Source: a virus. From it: a DNA stretch of 64,000 bases. Shown here one piece after another: positions 10,101 through 19,676 of this stretch. The translations under genes were made by a program, and so were the position numbers. Position 1 is the stretch's first letter. Every line of letters begins with the position of its first letter. The notes under the pieces are model-generated. The model made no database searches, was not told the origin of the DNA, and saw only the letters and a list, made by a program, of their open reading frames with translations. The DNA lies in the IMG/VR virus record IMGVR_UViG_3300032073_005220, positions 1 through 64,000 of that record; one strand, 5' to 3'.

Positions 10101-10731
10101 GATATTTAAATATAATCAATCGGATTATCCTTTTGTAGAATATATATCAAATTTATTTGATGGTCATAAATTAGAACTATTACATAATAAAAACAAAAAA
10201 GAATATAGTTTTTTTGACAAACCTTCAAAAGACTCTGATACTTTATATCATCAAGTTTTCTATGATAAGATGAGAAGTGGATGGGAAGACTTTCTTCATA
10301 CTTACAAGTCTTTTATAAGAGAATTTATACAATCAGAAATCCAAGAACCTATTATCTATCAAAAATGGCCTACGTTTAGAGTTCATTTACCAAATAATTT
10401 AGCTGTTGGTGCTTGGCATACGGATTCTGAGTTTAATCATCCAGATGGTGAAATAAATTTTTTATTACCTATTACTAGAATGTTTGAAAGTAATACAATT
10501 ATCACCGAAAGCGAACCGGGACTAAAAGATTTTAAACAAATAGAATTGGAACCGGGAGAAGTCTTTATGTTCAATGGTAATAAATGCACTCATGGTAATT
10601 TACCAAATCGCACAGGAAAAACTAGGGTGAGTCTAGATTTTCGCGTTTTAAAAAGATCAGATTATAAAGTTGGTGAGCAAACCTCAATCACTACTGGTAC
10701 TAAGTTTATATTAGGGGAATACTATGAGTGA
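10093..10731 (+). CDS. StrG-like / 2OG-Fe(II) oxygenase-fold protein
   Basis: PTFRVH...WHTD (HxD)...HGN...TRVSLDFR. Confidence 0.7.
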   Translation: MYKIFKYNQSDYPFVEYISNLFDGHKLELLHNKNKKEYSFFDKPSKDSDTLYHQVFYDKMRSGWEDFLHTYKSFIREFIQSEIQEPIIYQKWPTFRVHLPNNLAVGAWHTDSEFNHPDGEINFLLPITRMFESNTIITESEPGLKDFKQIELEPGEVFMFNGNKCTHGNLPNRTGKTRVSLDFRVLKRSDYKVGEQTSITTGTKFILGEYYE

Positions 10732-12379
10732 TACAATTTCAATAGATGAATTTTATAAAAAGAATAGTATCGCTAAAGAATTTGATGAAGAATTTTATTC
10801 TAATGAGTACCCAGAAGTAGAAGATTTTTATCAACCATACTGCAAAGATAATGGATTTACTGAAAGACAAAGGTTATATTTTCACTGGGTAAATTATGGT
10901 AAAAATAATTTTTATTTACCTTATGAGCATTATGAAGATGTGAAAGAATATGATCCAAATATTTTATTTGAGAATATATCTGTTGTTGTCAGTTGTAAAG
11001 ACAGAGAACAAATGCTGAGTGTAAGTTTAAGGTCTTGGTTATTAAAACCACAAATTAAAGAAATTATTATTGTAGATTGGTCGTCTAAAGAAAGTTTAAA
11101 ACATCTTGAACAGATTGATAAAAGAATTAAAGTTATAAGAATAGAACAAGAAAAGTTTTATAATGCCAGTAAGCCTATTAATATTGCAATAAAAGCTGCT
11201 AAATATGAAAAAATATTAAAGATGGATGTAGACTACATACTAAATCCTTATCTTCCATTAACAAGTTTAGTCAATATATCACCGGGAGAATTTGTGGCAG
11301 GGAACTGGAATCAATACTATTTAGATAATGATCTTGGATTTATGAGAAATCTGAACGGAATTATATGTTGCCATAGAAAGTTTTTTATAGACGCAGGATT
11401 ATACAACGAAGACATTGATAATTATGGCAGAGAAGACTGTGAGATGTTTGAAAAGCTAGAGAAATTGGGAGTTGTTAGAAAAGATATTGATTTTGAATCT
11501 AATCATGTTCCAGTTTATCACAATCCTCATAGCAATCGCGTGAGAGGGCAAAATAGAAAAGACCGTAATGTAGATCGTACTATAAATTATATGAATAGAA
11601 AATACGGTCAATCAGATTTTGAATTAGTTATTAATCTATACAAAGACCCACTACCAGAAAGAACCAAAGAGATTCTAGACTGTTTAAAATTAAATTTAGA
11701 GAATAAATATATCACTAAGGTTCATATCTTTTTAGAAAATTACGAAGACTTTCCAGAGTTTTATGAATTAAAAAAAGATTATGAAGAAAAAATAATTGTA
11801 AATAATACTATACGCAGAATGTCTTTTAAAAAAATATTTGCTTATACAAATAAAAACATTATTAATACACAGTGTATAGTGGCAAATAATGATATTCTTT
11901 TTAATGACGATTTACATAAAATAAGAGGCTTGTTTCCTAGAGAGATTATTTCATTAACGAGACACGAAGAGGATGGAGGTCTATTACAAGATAGGCATAG
12001 AGATGCTTTTTGTTCTCAAGATGCTTGGATATTTACGTCACCTATGGTAGATGATTTTGAGTTATTACCAGATGATATTATCATAGGAACTTTTTATTCT
12101 GATGTCGTTTTAGATTATTGTATTTACAAATCTAAACAATATCGTGCTTGGAATCTTTGTAACGACATAATAATAAAACACTGTCATCAAACTACTGAAC
12201 ATGACCATAATACCAAAAGTACAGACGAGGCTATTGCTATTCACGATTATTATTGTGAAAAATTTGGAACACACAACTGGTATAGTCATCTAGTAGTTAC
12301 CTCTGTAGAAGATTATTGGAATAGAAAAAATGCTAATAAATTTATTAGTGACCATCAATTCGACTTAAATAGGTATTAA
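10724..12379 (+). CDS. Multidomain glycosyltransferase (GT2/GT7-like plus a second GT-A-like domain)
   Basis: IIIVDWSS, LKMDVD, GLYNEDIDNYGREDC; C-terminal VANNDI, SQDAWIF. Confidence 0.75.
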   Translation: MSDTISIDEFYKKNSIAKEFDEEFYSNEYPEVEDFYQPYCKDNGFTERQRLYFHWVNYGKNNFYLPYEHYEDVKEYDPNILFENISVVVSCKDREQMLSVSLRSWLLKPQIKEIIIVDWSSKESLKHLEQIDKRIKVIRIEQEKFYNASKPINIAIKAAKYEKILKMDVDYILNPYLPLTSLVNISPGEFVAGNWNQYYLDNDLGFMRNLNGIICCHRKFFIDAGLYNEDIDNYGREDCEMFEKLEKLGVVRKDIDFESNHVPVYHNPHSNRVRGQNRKDRNVDRTINYMNRKYGQSDFELVINLYKDPLPERTKEILDCLKLNLENKYITKVHIFLENYEDFPEFYELKKDYEEKIIVNNTIRRMSFKKIFAYTNKNIINTQCIVANNDILFNDDLHKIRGLFPREIISLTRHEEDGGLLQDRHRDAFCSQDAWIFTSPMVDDFELLPDDIIIGTFYSDVVLDYCIYKSKQYRAWNLCNDIIIKHCHQTTEHDHNTKSTDEAIAIHDYYCEKFGTHNWYSHLVVTSVEDYWNRKNANKFISDHQFDLNRY

Positions 12380-12383
12380 TATT

Positions 12384-13079
12384 ATGGTAATATCACACAG
12401 AAATAAATTTCTGTTTATACATAACGATAAATGCGCTGGTACTGCTATGCGAGAACATTTTCGTTGGAATGAAGAATTTGAAATAGACTTAATTGGTCAT
12501 TGGGGCAAAACTATGACAATAGAATTGTGGAAGGAATTTGGACACATCATGTGTGCTGTTCCACAACACTCTACCGCAATAGCGATAAAGGGCTATTTTG
12601 AATTAATGGGCTGGAACTGGGATGAATATTTTAAGTTCGGTATTGTTCGCAATCCATTTGACAGAATTGTATCTGGGTATGAATGGAGAAGGACTGTTGT
12701 GAAAGAATGGTGTGCCGACGATGAACATGGAAATAAAAACCACTTTAAAGAAATTGTATCTGAAACAGACGATGGATTCAAAAAGTTTGTCGAAAGAAAA
12801 TGCAAAAAATGGAATGGTCAAGAAAGATATTTTTATTCAAAACCACCAAAACAATGTTTAGTAGACTTTGTTGGTAGGTATGAAAACTTACAAACAGACT
12901 TTAAACACATAGTTAAAACAATCCTACCAAATGCTACAGACAAATCATGTACACTTATTAAAAAAAATAACGCAAGCATAAGAAGGAAAGATTATAGATC
13001 ATACTACGACGAAGAGACAAGAGGTATCGTCGAACAAAACCTTTCTGATGAATTAGAATTGTTAGAATATAAATATTAA
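12384..13079 (+). CDS. Sulfotransferase (Sulfotransfer_2 family)
   Basis: FIHNDKCAGT 5'-PSB, VRNPFDRIVSGY 3'-PB, DFVGRYENL. Confidence 0.85.
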   Translation: MVISHRNKFLFIHNDKCAGTAMREHFRWNEEFEIDLIGHWGKTMTIELWKEFGHIMCAVPQHSTAIAIKGYFELMGWNWDEYFKFGIVRNPFDRIVSGYEWRRTVVKEWCADDEHGNKNHFKEIVSETDDGFKKFVERKCKKWNGQERYFYSKPPKQCLVDFVGRYENLQTDFKHIVKTILPNATDKSCTLIKKNNASIRRKDYRSYYDEETRGIVEQNLSDELELLEYKY

Positions 13080-14624
13080 ATGACTATTAACCATAATTTT
13101 AAATATATGACCATTCCTTTTCCTTGTATCTATCTAAAACCAACTCAAGGTTTAGGTAATAGATTATTGATGCTAGATTCTGTATATGCTTTTGCTAGAG
13201 AATTTCAATATAGCGAAATATATCTATGTTGGGTTAAAAGCGAGGGTTTTTCTGATGAATCCTTTGGCGAATTGTTTGATTTAGATCAACTGCCTAAGAA
13301 CATATCTCTAATTGATGATAAGCAATACAATGATGCTGCTAAAGAATTTATGAATTTAGATCGCTTATTTACACAAGACCCGGATACTTTGAAGTATTCT
13401 GTAGATATAGATATAAACGAATTATTGCAATCTGTTAACACTTTTTGTTTAAACTCTTATGCGTCTATAGACTGGATATTTGGTATTCAGCTTAAACATA
13501 GAAATATGCTCTTAAAAAATTACATATATCCATCACCAGAATTACAAAAATACATAAGCCAATGTGATGTGAATAAAAATTATATAGGTGTGCATATTCG
13601 TAAGGGTGATGCTATTACTGGCCCTTGGGCTAAATACTACGAAGAATCTAAAGACGAATATTTTGAAAATATTATAAGGGCATACGCTGATGCTCCGATT
13701 TTTTTATCTACAGACTCAGAAGCAACCGAAAAATACTATACAGAAAAATTCGATAACATTGTTGTTAGCAATAAAAATTTTACAGACCCCTCTTTAACCG
13801 TAAATGACCATAAGCCACTACAAAAAGAAGCAGTAATAGATATGTTTCTGCTTTCTAAAACTAGACAAATTTATGGTACAAATTGGAGTACATTTAATGA
13901 AATATCTAGTATAATTGGACATAGTAATTTAGAATTATTAACAGATAAAACTCAAACTAATTTTAAAAGAAAAACAAATATTTCTGTAGTTACAGTTACT
14001 AAAAACAGAAATAAAATATTAAAAACATCCATAAATTCTTGGTTAATTCATGATGATATTAAAGAGATAGTTATTGTAGATTATTCATCAGATGACTTTG
14101 ATCAGGAATATTTTGAAAATTTAGACCCAAGAATCAAAATCATACAAGTTAAGGGTGAGGAATATTTTAATTTATCCAAGGCTTATAATATTGCTATAGA
14201 TAATACTTCTAATGATATGATCTTAAAACTTGATGTAGACTATATAATTAATCCTTATAATTCGTTATCTGATTTGCTGCTTATTGATAGCGATAAAAGT
14301 TTCATTACTGGATGTTGGGCTGAAAAGAGTAGAGATAATGAAATTGGTTTCTTAGAACACTTAAATGGATTTTGTTTTATTGATAAAAAACATTTAATTA
14401 AAGTTAATAAATATCAGGGCAATCAACATGGATACGGATACGATGACTGCGATTTATACAAACGGCTAGAGGGCATAGGGCTTCAAAGAATAACAATAAA
14501 ATTCAATAAAAATTTTGTTCCAATATTTCATATACCACATTCTGATGATTATAGGAGTAAGTACTATAAAAATAAAAATATAGTAGAGTCATTACAAAAA
14601 AATCAAAAAGAAACATTAAAATGA
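13080..14624 (+). CDS. Bifunctional glycosyltransferase: fucosyltransferase-like N-domain plus GT2/GT7-like C-domain
   Basis: GLGNRL, GVHIRKGD, IFLSTD, DMFLLS, STF; then IVIVDYSS, LKLDVD, GYGYDDCD. Confidence 0.8.
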   Translation: MTINHNFKYMTIPFPCIYLKPTQGLGNRLLMLDSVYAFAREFQYSEIYLCWVKSEGFSDESFGELFDLDQLPKNISLIDDKQYNDAAKEFMNLDRLFTQDPDTLKYSVDIDINELLQSVNTFCLNSYASIDWIFGIQLKHRNMLLKNYIYPSPELQKYISQCDVNKNYIGVHIRKGDAITGPWAKYYEESKDEYFENIIRAYADAPIFLSTDSEATEKYYTEKFDNIVVSNKNFTDPSLTVNDHKPLQKEAVIDMFLLSKTRQIYGTNWSTFNEISSIIGHSNLELLTDKTQTNFKRKTNISVVTVTKNRNKILKTSINSWLIHDDIKEIVIVDYSSDDFDQEYFENLDPRIKIIQVKGEEYFNLSKAYNIAIDNTSNDMILKLDVDYIINPYNSLSDLLLIDSDKSFITGCWAEKSRDNEIGFLEHLNGFCFIDKKHLIKVNKYQGNQHGYGYDDCDLYKRLEGIGLQRITIKFNKNFVPIFHIPHSDDYRSKYYKNKNIVESLQKNQKETLK

Positions 14625-15298
14625 TAATATCTCATAGAAAAAAATTTATATGGATTCATTTCCCAAAGTGCGCAGGTACTTCAATAAGAGAATTACTGCA
14701 AAACAATCCTATGTTCCAAGCGGATATTTTACCGATGTGGCACTCAAAAAGACCTATAAATTGGGAAGAAGAATATCCAAAAGTAGATACTAATTTGTGG
14801 ACGCACTCTTCTGCAAGTGATATTAAAAAGTATTTAGATGAAAGAGGATATAGGTGGGATGATTATTTTAAATTTGTTTTTATCAGAAATCCTTGGGAGA
14901 GGGCTGTTTCTGAATATGAATATTATCGACAGATTATGAACATAAAGAAAGACAAATCAGATTTTAATACCAAGATAACAGAAATGGCAATAAATAAACC
15001 ACCTCAAAATTTTATTATGAGAAATGCTGGAAGTGGATGGAGTCCACACGATTATATATTTGATGAGGATGGAAAACTAATGGTTGATTTTATTGGCAAA
15101 GTAGAGAATATAGAACAAGATTTTGAAAAAGTTGTTAAAAAAATATTGCCTTATGCTAATATAACGCAATGGAGATTGCCCCATAGGAATAAAACCACTA
15201 AAAATAAATCTTATAGAGATTACTATGACGATGAAAGTATTGAGTATATTAGTAATAGAGATTCAAAGATAGTAGAACTGGGGCAGTACAGATTTTAG
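14621..15298 (+). CDS. Sulfotransferase (Sulfotransfer_2 family), paralog of 12384
   Basis: IHFPKCAGTS, IRNPWERAVSEY, DFIGKVENI. Confidence 0.87.
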   Translation: MIISHRKKFIWIHFPKCAGTSIRELLQNNPMFQADILPMWHSKRPINWEEEYPKVDTNLWTHSSASDIKKYLDERGYRWDDYFKFVFIRNPWERAVSEYEYYRQIMNIKKDKSDFNTKITEMAINKPPQNFIMRNAGSGWSPHDYIFDEDGKLMVDFIGKVENIEQDFEKVVKKILPYANITQWRLPHRNKTTKNKSYRDYYDDESIEYISNRDSKIVELGQYRF

Positions 15299-15307
15299 CG
15301 AACAGCC

Positions 15308-15350
15308 TAAAGAAACACCTATTGACAAACCGATAATAGTAGTGTACAAT
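15308..15350 (+). promoter_or_regulatory. Composite promoter: TTGACA-N17-TACAAT with nested TAAAG...ACCGATAA
   Basis: TAAAG 15308, TTGACA 15322, CGATA 15331, TACAAT 15345. Confidence 0.8.
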
Positions 15351-15386
15351 CGTTAGTATCACAGGACTTAACTTTTGGAGACTATT

Positions 15387-16088
15387 ATGGAAACTTTGGA
15401 AACTAAACCAGTAAAGCAAACTACATATTCTCGTTTCAAAGCAGACGATTTCTTTAAGACATTCCCCACAGAAAAAATTCAAGCATACAAGGAGTACTGG
15501 GAAAGTGTACGACCACAGAATGATGGTGATATTTTTAGGCGTTATCTCTTTGCTTATTGCTCTGTTCATACAAGTTGGCAGGGGAATTGTCGTGGCTACA
15601 ATGCCATTAAGAACTACGAAGAGTGGGTTGATAACAAAGAAACACTATTAGACAAACTTAAAAATTCTGGCGTTGGTCTTTACAATAATAGAACAAAATA
15701 TATTTGGGATTTTGCGACTCAGTTTTGGAAGAATCCCAAAGACTTTTATTTAACTACTAAGAAGTATCATGTCAAAAAGAGAGATTCTATTGTAGATAAA
15801 ATTGTTGGACTTGGAATGGCTAAGGTTAGTTTTGCTTTAGAAATGATTCATCCAAATTTTGCAAGAGTTCTATGTGGAGATGTCCACCAATTAAGACTTT
15901 ACGGTATGGAGCATTTAAGTTATAATAAGAGTAAGCAAGGTAGTACGAAATATAAACGTATGGAGCAACATTGGAGTGTTAATTGCGGTAAACTTAAAGT
16001 TCCTTCCTATATCGCAAGATGCGTGTATTGGGATGCCTTGCAAGAGAAAGAAGATAGTCGTTACTGGTCTTATGTTTTAGAAGGTTAA
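15387..16088 (+). CDS. HhH DNA glycosylase, archaeal/thermophile Ogg (8-oxoG)-like
   Basis: RDSIVDKIVGLGMAKVSFAL (HhH with Lys) followed by CGDVHQLR (conserved Asp). Confidence 0.55.
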   Translation: METLETKPVKQTTYSRFKADDFFKTFPTEKIQAYKEYWESVRPQNDGDIFRRYLFAYCSVHTSWQGNCRGYNAIKNYEEWVDNKETLLDKLKNSGVGLYNNRTKYIWDFATQFWKNPKDFYLTTKKYHVKKRDSIVDKIVGLGMAKVSFALEMIHPNFARVLCGDVHQLRLYGMEHLSYNKSKQGSTKYKRMEQHWSVNCGKLKVPSYIARCVYWDALQEKEDSRYWSYVLEG

Positions 16089-16090
16089 GT

Positions 16091-16198
16091 ATGAGTCAAA
16101 ATAAAAATGGCAAAGGCGACACAAACAGGCCGAAAAGTGTATCTTATAAAAAGTGGTGTGAAAACTATGAGAAAATTTTTAGGAAAAAAAATAAATGA
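16091..16198 (+). CDS. Small basic phage protein (35 aa)
   Basis: GKGD..RP...W.ENYEKIF pattern typical of small phage ORFs; not in ORF track. Confidence 0.55.
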   Translation: MSQNKNGKGDTNRPKSVSYKKWCENYEKIFRKKNK

Positions 16199-16673
16199 AT
16201 CATACTTTACTGGATGTATTAAGCGTATGGTGGATAGTAGTGCTGGTAGATTTAAGTGTAGTGTACTTCTTTGTGAAACTAACTAAAGATAAATAAAATT
16301 GGTGTAATATTAATTATTGCATAAACTCTATAGGGAGATATAATGTCAGAATATAATATTGAGAATAATCAAAAAGCTACAGTAAAAGACATACATAAAG
16401 CAATTATTCAAGCTAATTCGATTACTAGCACTCTAGAATTAGAGAATCAGCGTATTAAATATTTGTTGAAAAATTTAAAACAAGTCGAAGAATTTGCCTC
16501 TTAGGAACCAATTATGCAAGAACTGGCTTTGATTATGTCTTTAAAAGACATATATATACTTCATGGTATGGACGTTTCCTTACTTAATAATTTAACTATC
16601 TGCTCTCTCTGAAAACACATTCGGTGTATTATTACTATAGAGTATTTGTATCTTTAGAATAATTGAGGTTAAA

Positions 16674-16853
16674 ATGAGCAAATTGCATAAAAGTAAGAAC
16701 AAAATGATATTTGGGGTTTGTGCTGGTTTAGCGGAAACTCTGGGTATTGATCCTGCAATAGTTAGAATTGGTTTTGTTGTTGGAGCATTGTGCAGCGTAA
16801 GTATTTTGTTTTGGGTCTATTTATTAATGGGTATCGTATTACCAACAGAGTAA
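16674..16853 (+). CDS. pspC: PspC-domain membrane protein (59 aa)
   Basis: Not in ORF track; MSKLHKSKNKMIFGVCAGLAETLGIDPAIVRIGF...YLLMGIVLP; GAGG RBS. Confidence 0.85.
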   Translation: MSKLHKSKNKMIFGVCAGLAETLGIDPAIVRIGFVVGALCSVSILFWVYLLMGIVLPTE

Positions 16854-16877
16854 TTTAATGCACAATAGGAGACTTCT

Positions 16878-17348
16878 ATGTTTAATAAAAAAATTCTCTA
16901 TGTTGTGCTAATTATATTACTATCTCTAATCATTAAACAGCAGGGTGGTTGTGTTGATACAGTAAAACCTAATCGCCCTGTTGACAATCCTACTCCTGTA
17001 GTTGTGGTCACACCCGAATTAGAATCAAATTTTATATATGACGACCTAGAAAAATCACAAGCACTGGCAAAATTTCACAAAAGAAAAGTGATTATAGTAT
17101 TCGGAGCAGAATGGTGTCCTTATTGCAAAAAAATAAAACAAGACTCTAAATCTATAAAACCATTCGACAAATATATAGTTTGTTTTTTAGACACAGATAA
17201 TAGAAGTGCAAACCAGAAATCTATTAATACATACAGACCAAGAAGCCTGCCAACTTCTATTTTGGTAGATAAACAAGGAAAAGAACTATCTAGAAAAATA
17301 GGATATAGGAACAAGGACTACATTAAATGGCTAAACTCTTTACCCTAA
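16878..17348 (+). CDS. Exported thioredoxin-family protein
   Basis: N-terminal hydrophobic signal; FGAEWCPYC; SLPT cis-Pro motif. Confidence 0.85.
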   Translation: MFNKKILYVVLIILLSLIIKQQGGCVDTVKPNRPVDNPTPVVVVTPELESNFIYDDLEKSQALAKFHKRKVIIVFGAEWCPYCKKIKQDSKSIKPFDKYIVCFLDTDNRSANQKSINTYRPRSLPTSILVDKQGKELSRKIGYRNKDYIKWLNSLP

Positions 17349-18136
17349 TATTTATTGTTGTATCATTCAGTATCGCTTTATGTGAAGAAAATAACAACAC
17401 TAAAGCTGTTGTAGGAATGCAACCAAGATCAATACCAATAGATATTGATATATTTGAATTAGAAGAAAAACAAAAATTAAATAAAAGTTCTGTATACAAT
17501 AGGGCTTTAAGTTGTTTTAGCAAACCTTTCGGAGATAAGCATGGAAGAAGTACTAATATTCACGAAACAGTTCATGGTATAAATAATGCTTTGAGTAATA
17601 GCAAAAGAGGATATAGAGGATTCTATTGTGGAACATCTAGAGGTTTATGGCTAAAAGAACCTGATGTAGATATGCTAGATATTATTCCAAACATACCTAA
17701 CGTATTAAGAGAGTATCGCTATTCTTTGTATTTTGTCAGTCAATTAAAATACTGGAGACAAGTAGCATTGTATCCTGTAGACGAATGGAGTGCTTATATT
17801 TGTGGTGCTGAATGTGCGGTAGACGATTATAATCAAAACATCTTGTCTAAAAGTAAGTCAGATAGTGTCTCTGGGGCTTTAGAATTTAGTATATACTGTA
17901 CTGCATTAGCAAAAGCGATTAAGGAAAAGGATAAAGAGTATTGGGATGATTATCCTCATTTTAAAAATACTATAAAGTTTTTTTTAGTTCGATCAGAAAA
18001 AGTTTTTTTTGAAGGAAGATTTATATTTCCTTCCGACAGACAAGAAAGTTTATTAGAAAAACTTCAAAACCACAATGAAGCTAAACCTATTAGAGATTTT
18101 TTAATCAAAGAATTTGATGGAGTATTTATCAAATGA
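17327..18136 (+). CDS. Secreted protein with HExxH motif (possible zincin)
   Basis: Signal peptide; HETVHGIN and downstream DEWSAY. Confidence 0.5.
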   Translation: MAKLFTLIFIVVSFSIALCEENNNTKAVVGMQPRSIPIDIDIFELEEKQKLNKSSVYNRALSCFSKPFGDKHGRSTNIHETVHGINNALSNSKRGYRGFYCGTSRGLWLKEPDVDMLDIIPNIPNVLREYRYSLYFVSQLKYWRQVALYPVDEWSAYICGAECAVDDYNQNILSKSKSDSVSGALEFSIYCTALAKAIKEKDKEYWDDYPHFKNTIKFFLVRSEKVFFEGRFIFPSDRQESLLEKLQNHNEAKPIRDFLIKEFDGVFIK

Positions 18137-18537
18137 ATAAATCTGATAGCGTATGGTACATACCTAATCTGTCTAGATTAATAGACTTACATAATGAAGC
18201 TAGAACTGATAATTCTTGGATGTGGAATCTTGATCCATTGTCTATGAATATGGATTTAATGACTTTTGCCGGTCATTGGGCTGAAGAAATGGCTAAACGT
18301 AGTAAATTAATACATAGTGATATGAAGAATATAATGTCCTTGGGTTTTTCAAGTGTTGCAGAAAATATAGCCTATGGACAAAAGACGGAAGATAAGGTTA
18401 TGAAAACTTGGTTAAAAAGTCCCGGTCATAGAAGAAATATACTAAGCAAATCTGTAGATAGTATAGGGTGTGGATTCCGTTACAGTAACTCTAATATTAT
18501 TTATTGGTGTGTTTGTTTTGGAAACAAAAAAGATTAA
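18133..18537 (+). CDS. CAP (SCP-like) domain protein
   Basis: HNEAR, AENIAYGQ, WLKSPGHRRNIL, YWCVCFG. Confidence 0.9.
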   Translation: MNKSDSVWYIPNLSRLIDLHNEARTDNSWMWNLDPLSMNMDLMTFAGHWAEEMAKRSKLIHSDMKNIMSLGFSSVAENIAYGQKTEDKVMKTWLKSPGHRRNILSKSVDSIGCGFRYSNSNIIYWCVCFGNKKD

Positions 18538-18540
18538 GAC

Positions 18541-18582
18541 TAAAGTTTTTATTGTTGACAAGACGATATGTTATGATATAAT
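18541..18582 (+). promoter_or_regulatory. Composite promoter: TTGACA-N16-TATAAT with nested TAAAGTTT...GACGATAT
   Basis: TAAAG 18541, TTGACA 18555, CGATA 18564, TATAAT 18577. Confidence 0.8.
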
Positions 18583-18616
18583 AAAATTGTTGTAAGCTGG
18601 ATATTTGGAGGAAAAA

Positions 18617-18889
18617 ATGAAAAAGGACAAGAAAAGAATCCATTGTTCTAATGAAAAATTTTTGGAAGCAGTATATTCAAGCAAGACCTACGCTGAAGTG
18701 TCTTCAAAGACAGGTCAAAGAATTACATCTACTATGGCTAGATATTCTAGAATCAAAAAGAAGTTATCAAAAAAGAATATAAAATTGCCGAGGATGGAAA
18801 GAATGACAAGAATCACCAACCTAAATGATGTAGACGATATAGTGAATATTATAAATAAATTAAAGGCCCAACATTTTGGAACTAATTAA
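18617..18889 (+). CDS. Small basic putative DNA-binding protein
   Basis: GGAGG RBS; HTH-like SKTYAEVSSKTG...MARY. Confidence 0.5.
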   Translation: MKKDKKRIHCSNEKFLEAVYSSKTYAEVSSKTGQRITSTMARYSRIKKKLSKKNIKLPRMERMTRITNLNDVDDIVNIINKLKAQHFGTN

Positions 18890-18894
18890 TATGA

Positions 18895-18968
18895 GGGGCT
18901 GTATTCCAATAGGCAGAGAAAACGGACTTAAAATCCGTACAGTGTCGGTTCGAGTCCGACCAGCCCTA
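18895..18968 (+). tRNA. tRNA-Leu(TAA), short variable loop
   Basis: GGGGCTG/CAGCCCT acceptor stem; anticodon arm ACGGA-CTTAAAA-TCCGT; T-arm GTCGG-TTCGAGT-CCGAC. Confidence 0.93.
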
Positions 18969-19019
18969 TTCAATAAATACAAAAGTGTTTTTGTTTTACC
19001 TTAACTAGAAAGATAGATA

Positions 19020-19181
19020 ATGAATAGTAAGAGTTACTTTATTGTAGCAGCGTTTGCAAGTTTTGTTTTAAGTGTTTCACTTTGGTTTCTTGGAGATCAA
19101 GCCGTTGCACAAGAACAAGGTATCTTTGTTGGCCTATGGGTTCCCAGCATCCTTGCATTAGGGAGTTATTTTAATGGATAA
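19020..19181 (+). CDS. Small two-TM membrane protein (53 aa)
   Basis: Not in ORF track; MNSKSYFIVAAFASFVLSVSLWF...GIFVGLWVPSILALG. Confidence 0.7.
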   Translation: MNSKSYFIVAAFASFVLSVSLWFLGDQAVAQEQGIFVGLWVPSILALGSYFNG

Positions 19182-19377
19182 TTTCGCACTCTTTGTGTGC
19201 GGCATTGTGGTTACGCTCATCGCAGGGATGGGCGTAATCACTTCTCAAGTCTTTTTGGGATATTTTAAATATTTAGAAACCGAAAGACTTAGGCAGCTTA
19301 AAAAAGCACAAGCACAACTACGAGAACTACAAGAACAACAGGAGAAAGAAGATGGAACGGTCAAACAGGCTGTGTAA
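19174..19377 (+). CDS. Small membrane-anchored coiled-coil protein
   Basis: N-terminal TM, charged tail; GGGAG RBS. Confidence 0.6.
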   Translation: MDNFALFVCGIVVTLIAGMGVITSQVFLGYFKYLETERLRQLKKAQAQLRELQEQQEKEDGTVKQAV

Positions 19378-19672
19378 TGCTTTTGCATTAAACACTAATA
19401 ATAAATCTGTTATTAAAGGATTTGAAATTATCACCTGTAGAGAAATGAATGACTACAATGGTGGTACTATGATACAAGAATTAAAAACAGCAGAAGATTT
19501 TTTAGATACTGACGAGTTTGGTTTAGATGAGCCGTTCTATAGAATATTCTCCATATATAAAAAAGACTACTATAAAAGCAGAAAAGCAATAGCGGATTTT
19601 TATGATATAAAAGAGGCTATGCTTTTTATAGAAGAACTAACAGGAAGTCCCGTTCACATATATTCATACTAA
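19352..19672 (+). CDS. Hypothetical protein
   Basis: ORF with AGGAG RBS, overlapping the previous gene. Confidence 0.55.
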   Translation: MERSNRLCNAFALNTNNKSVIKGFEIITCREMNDYNGGTMIQELKTAEDFLDTDEFGLDEPFYRIFSIYKKDYYKSRKAIADFYDIKEAMLFIEELTGSPVHIYSY

Positions 19673-19676
19673 TACC

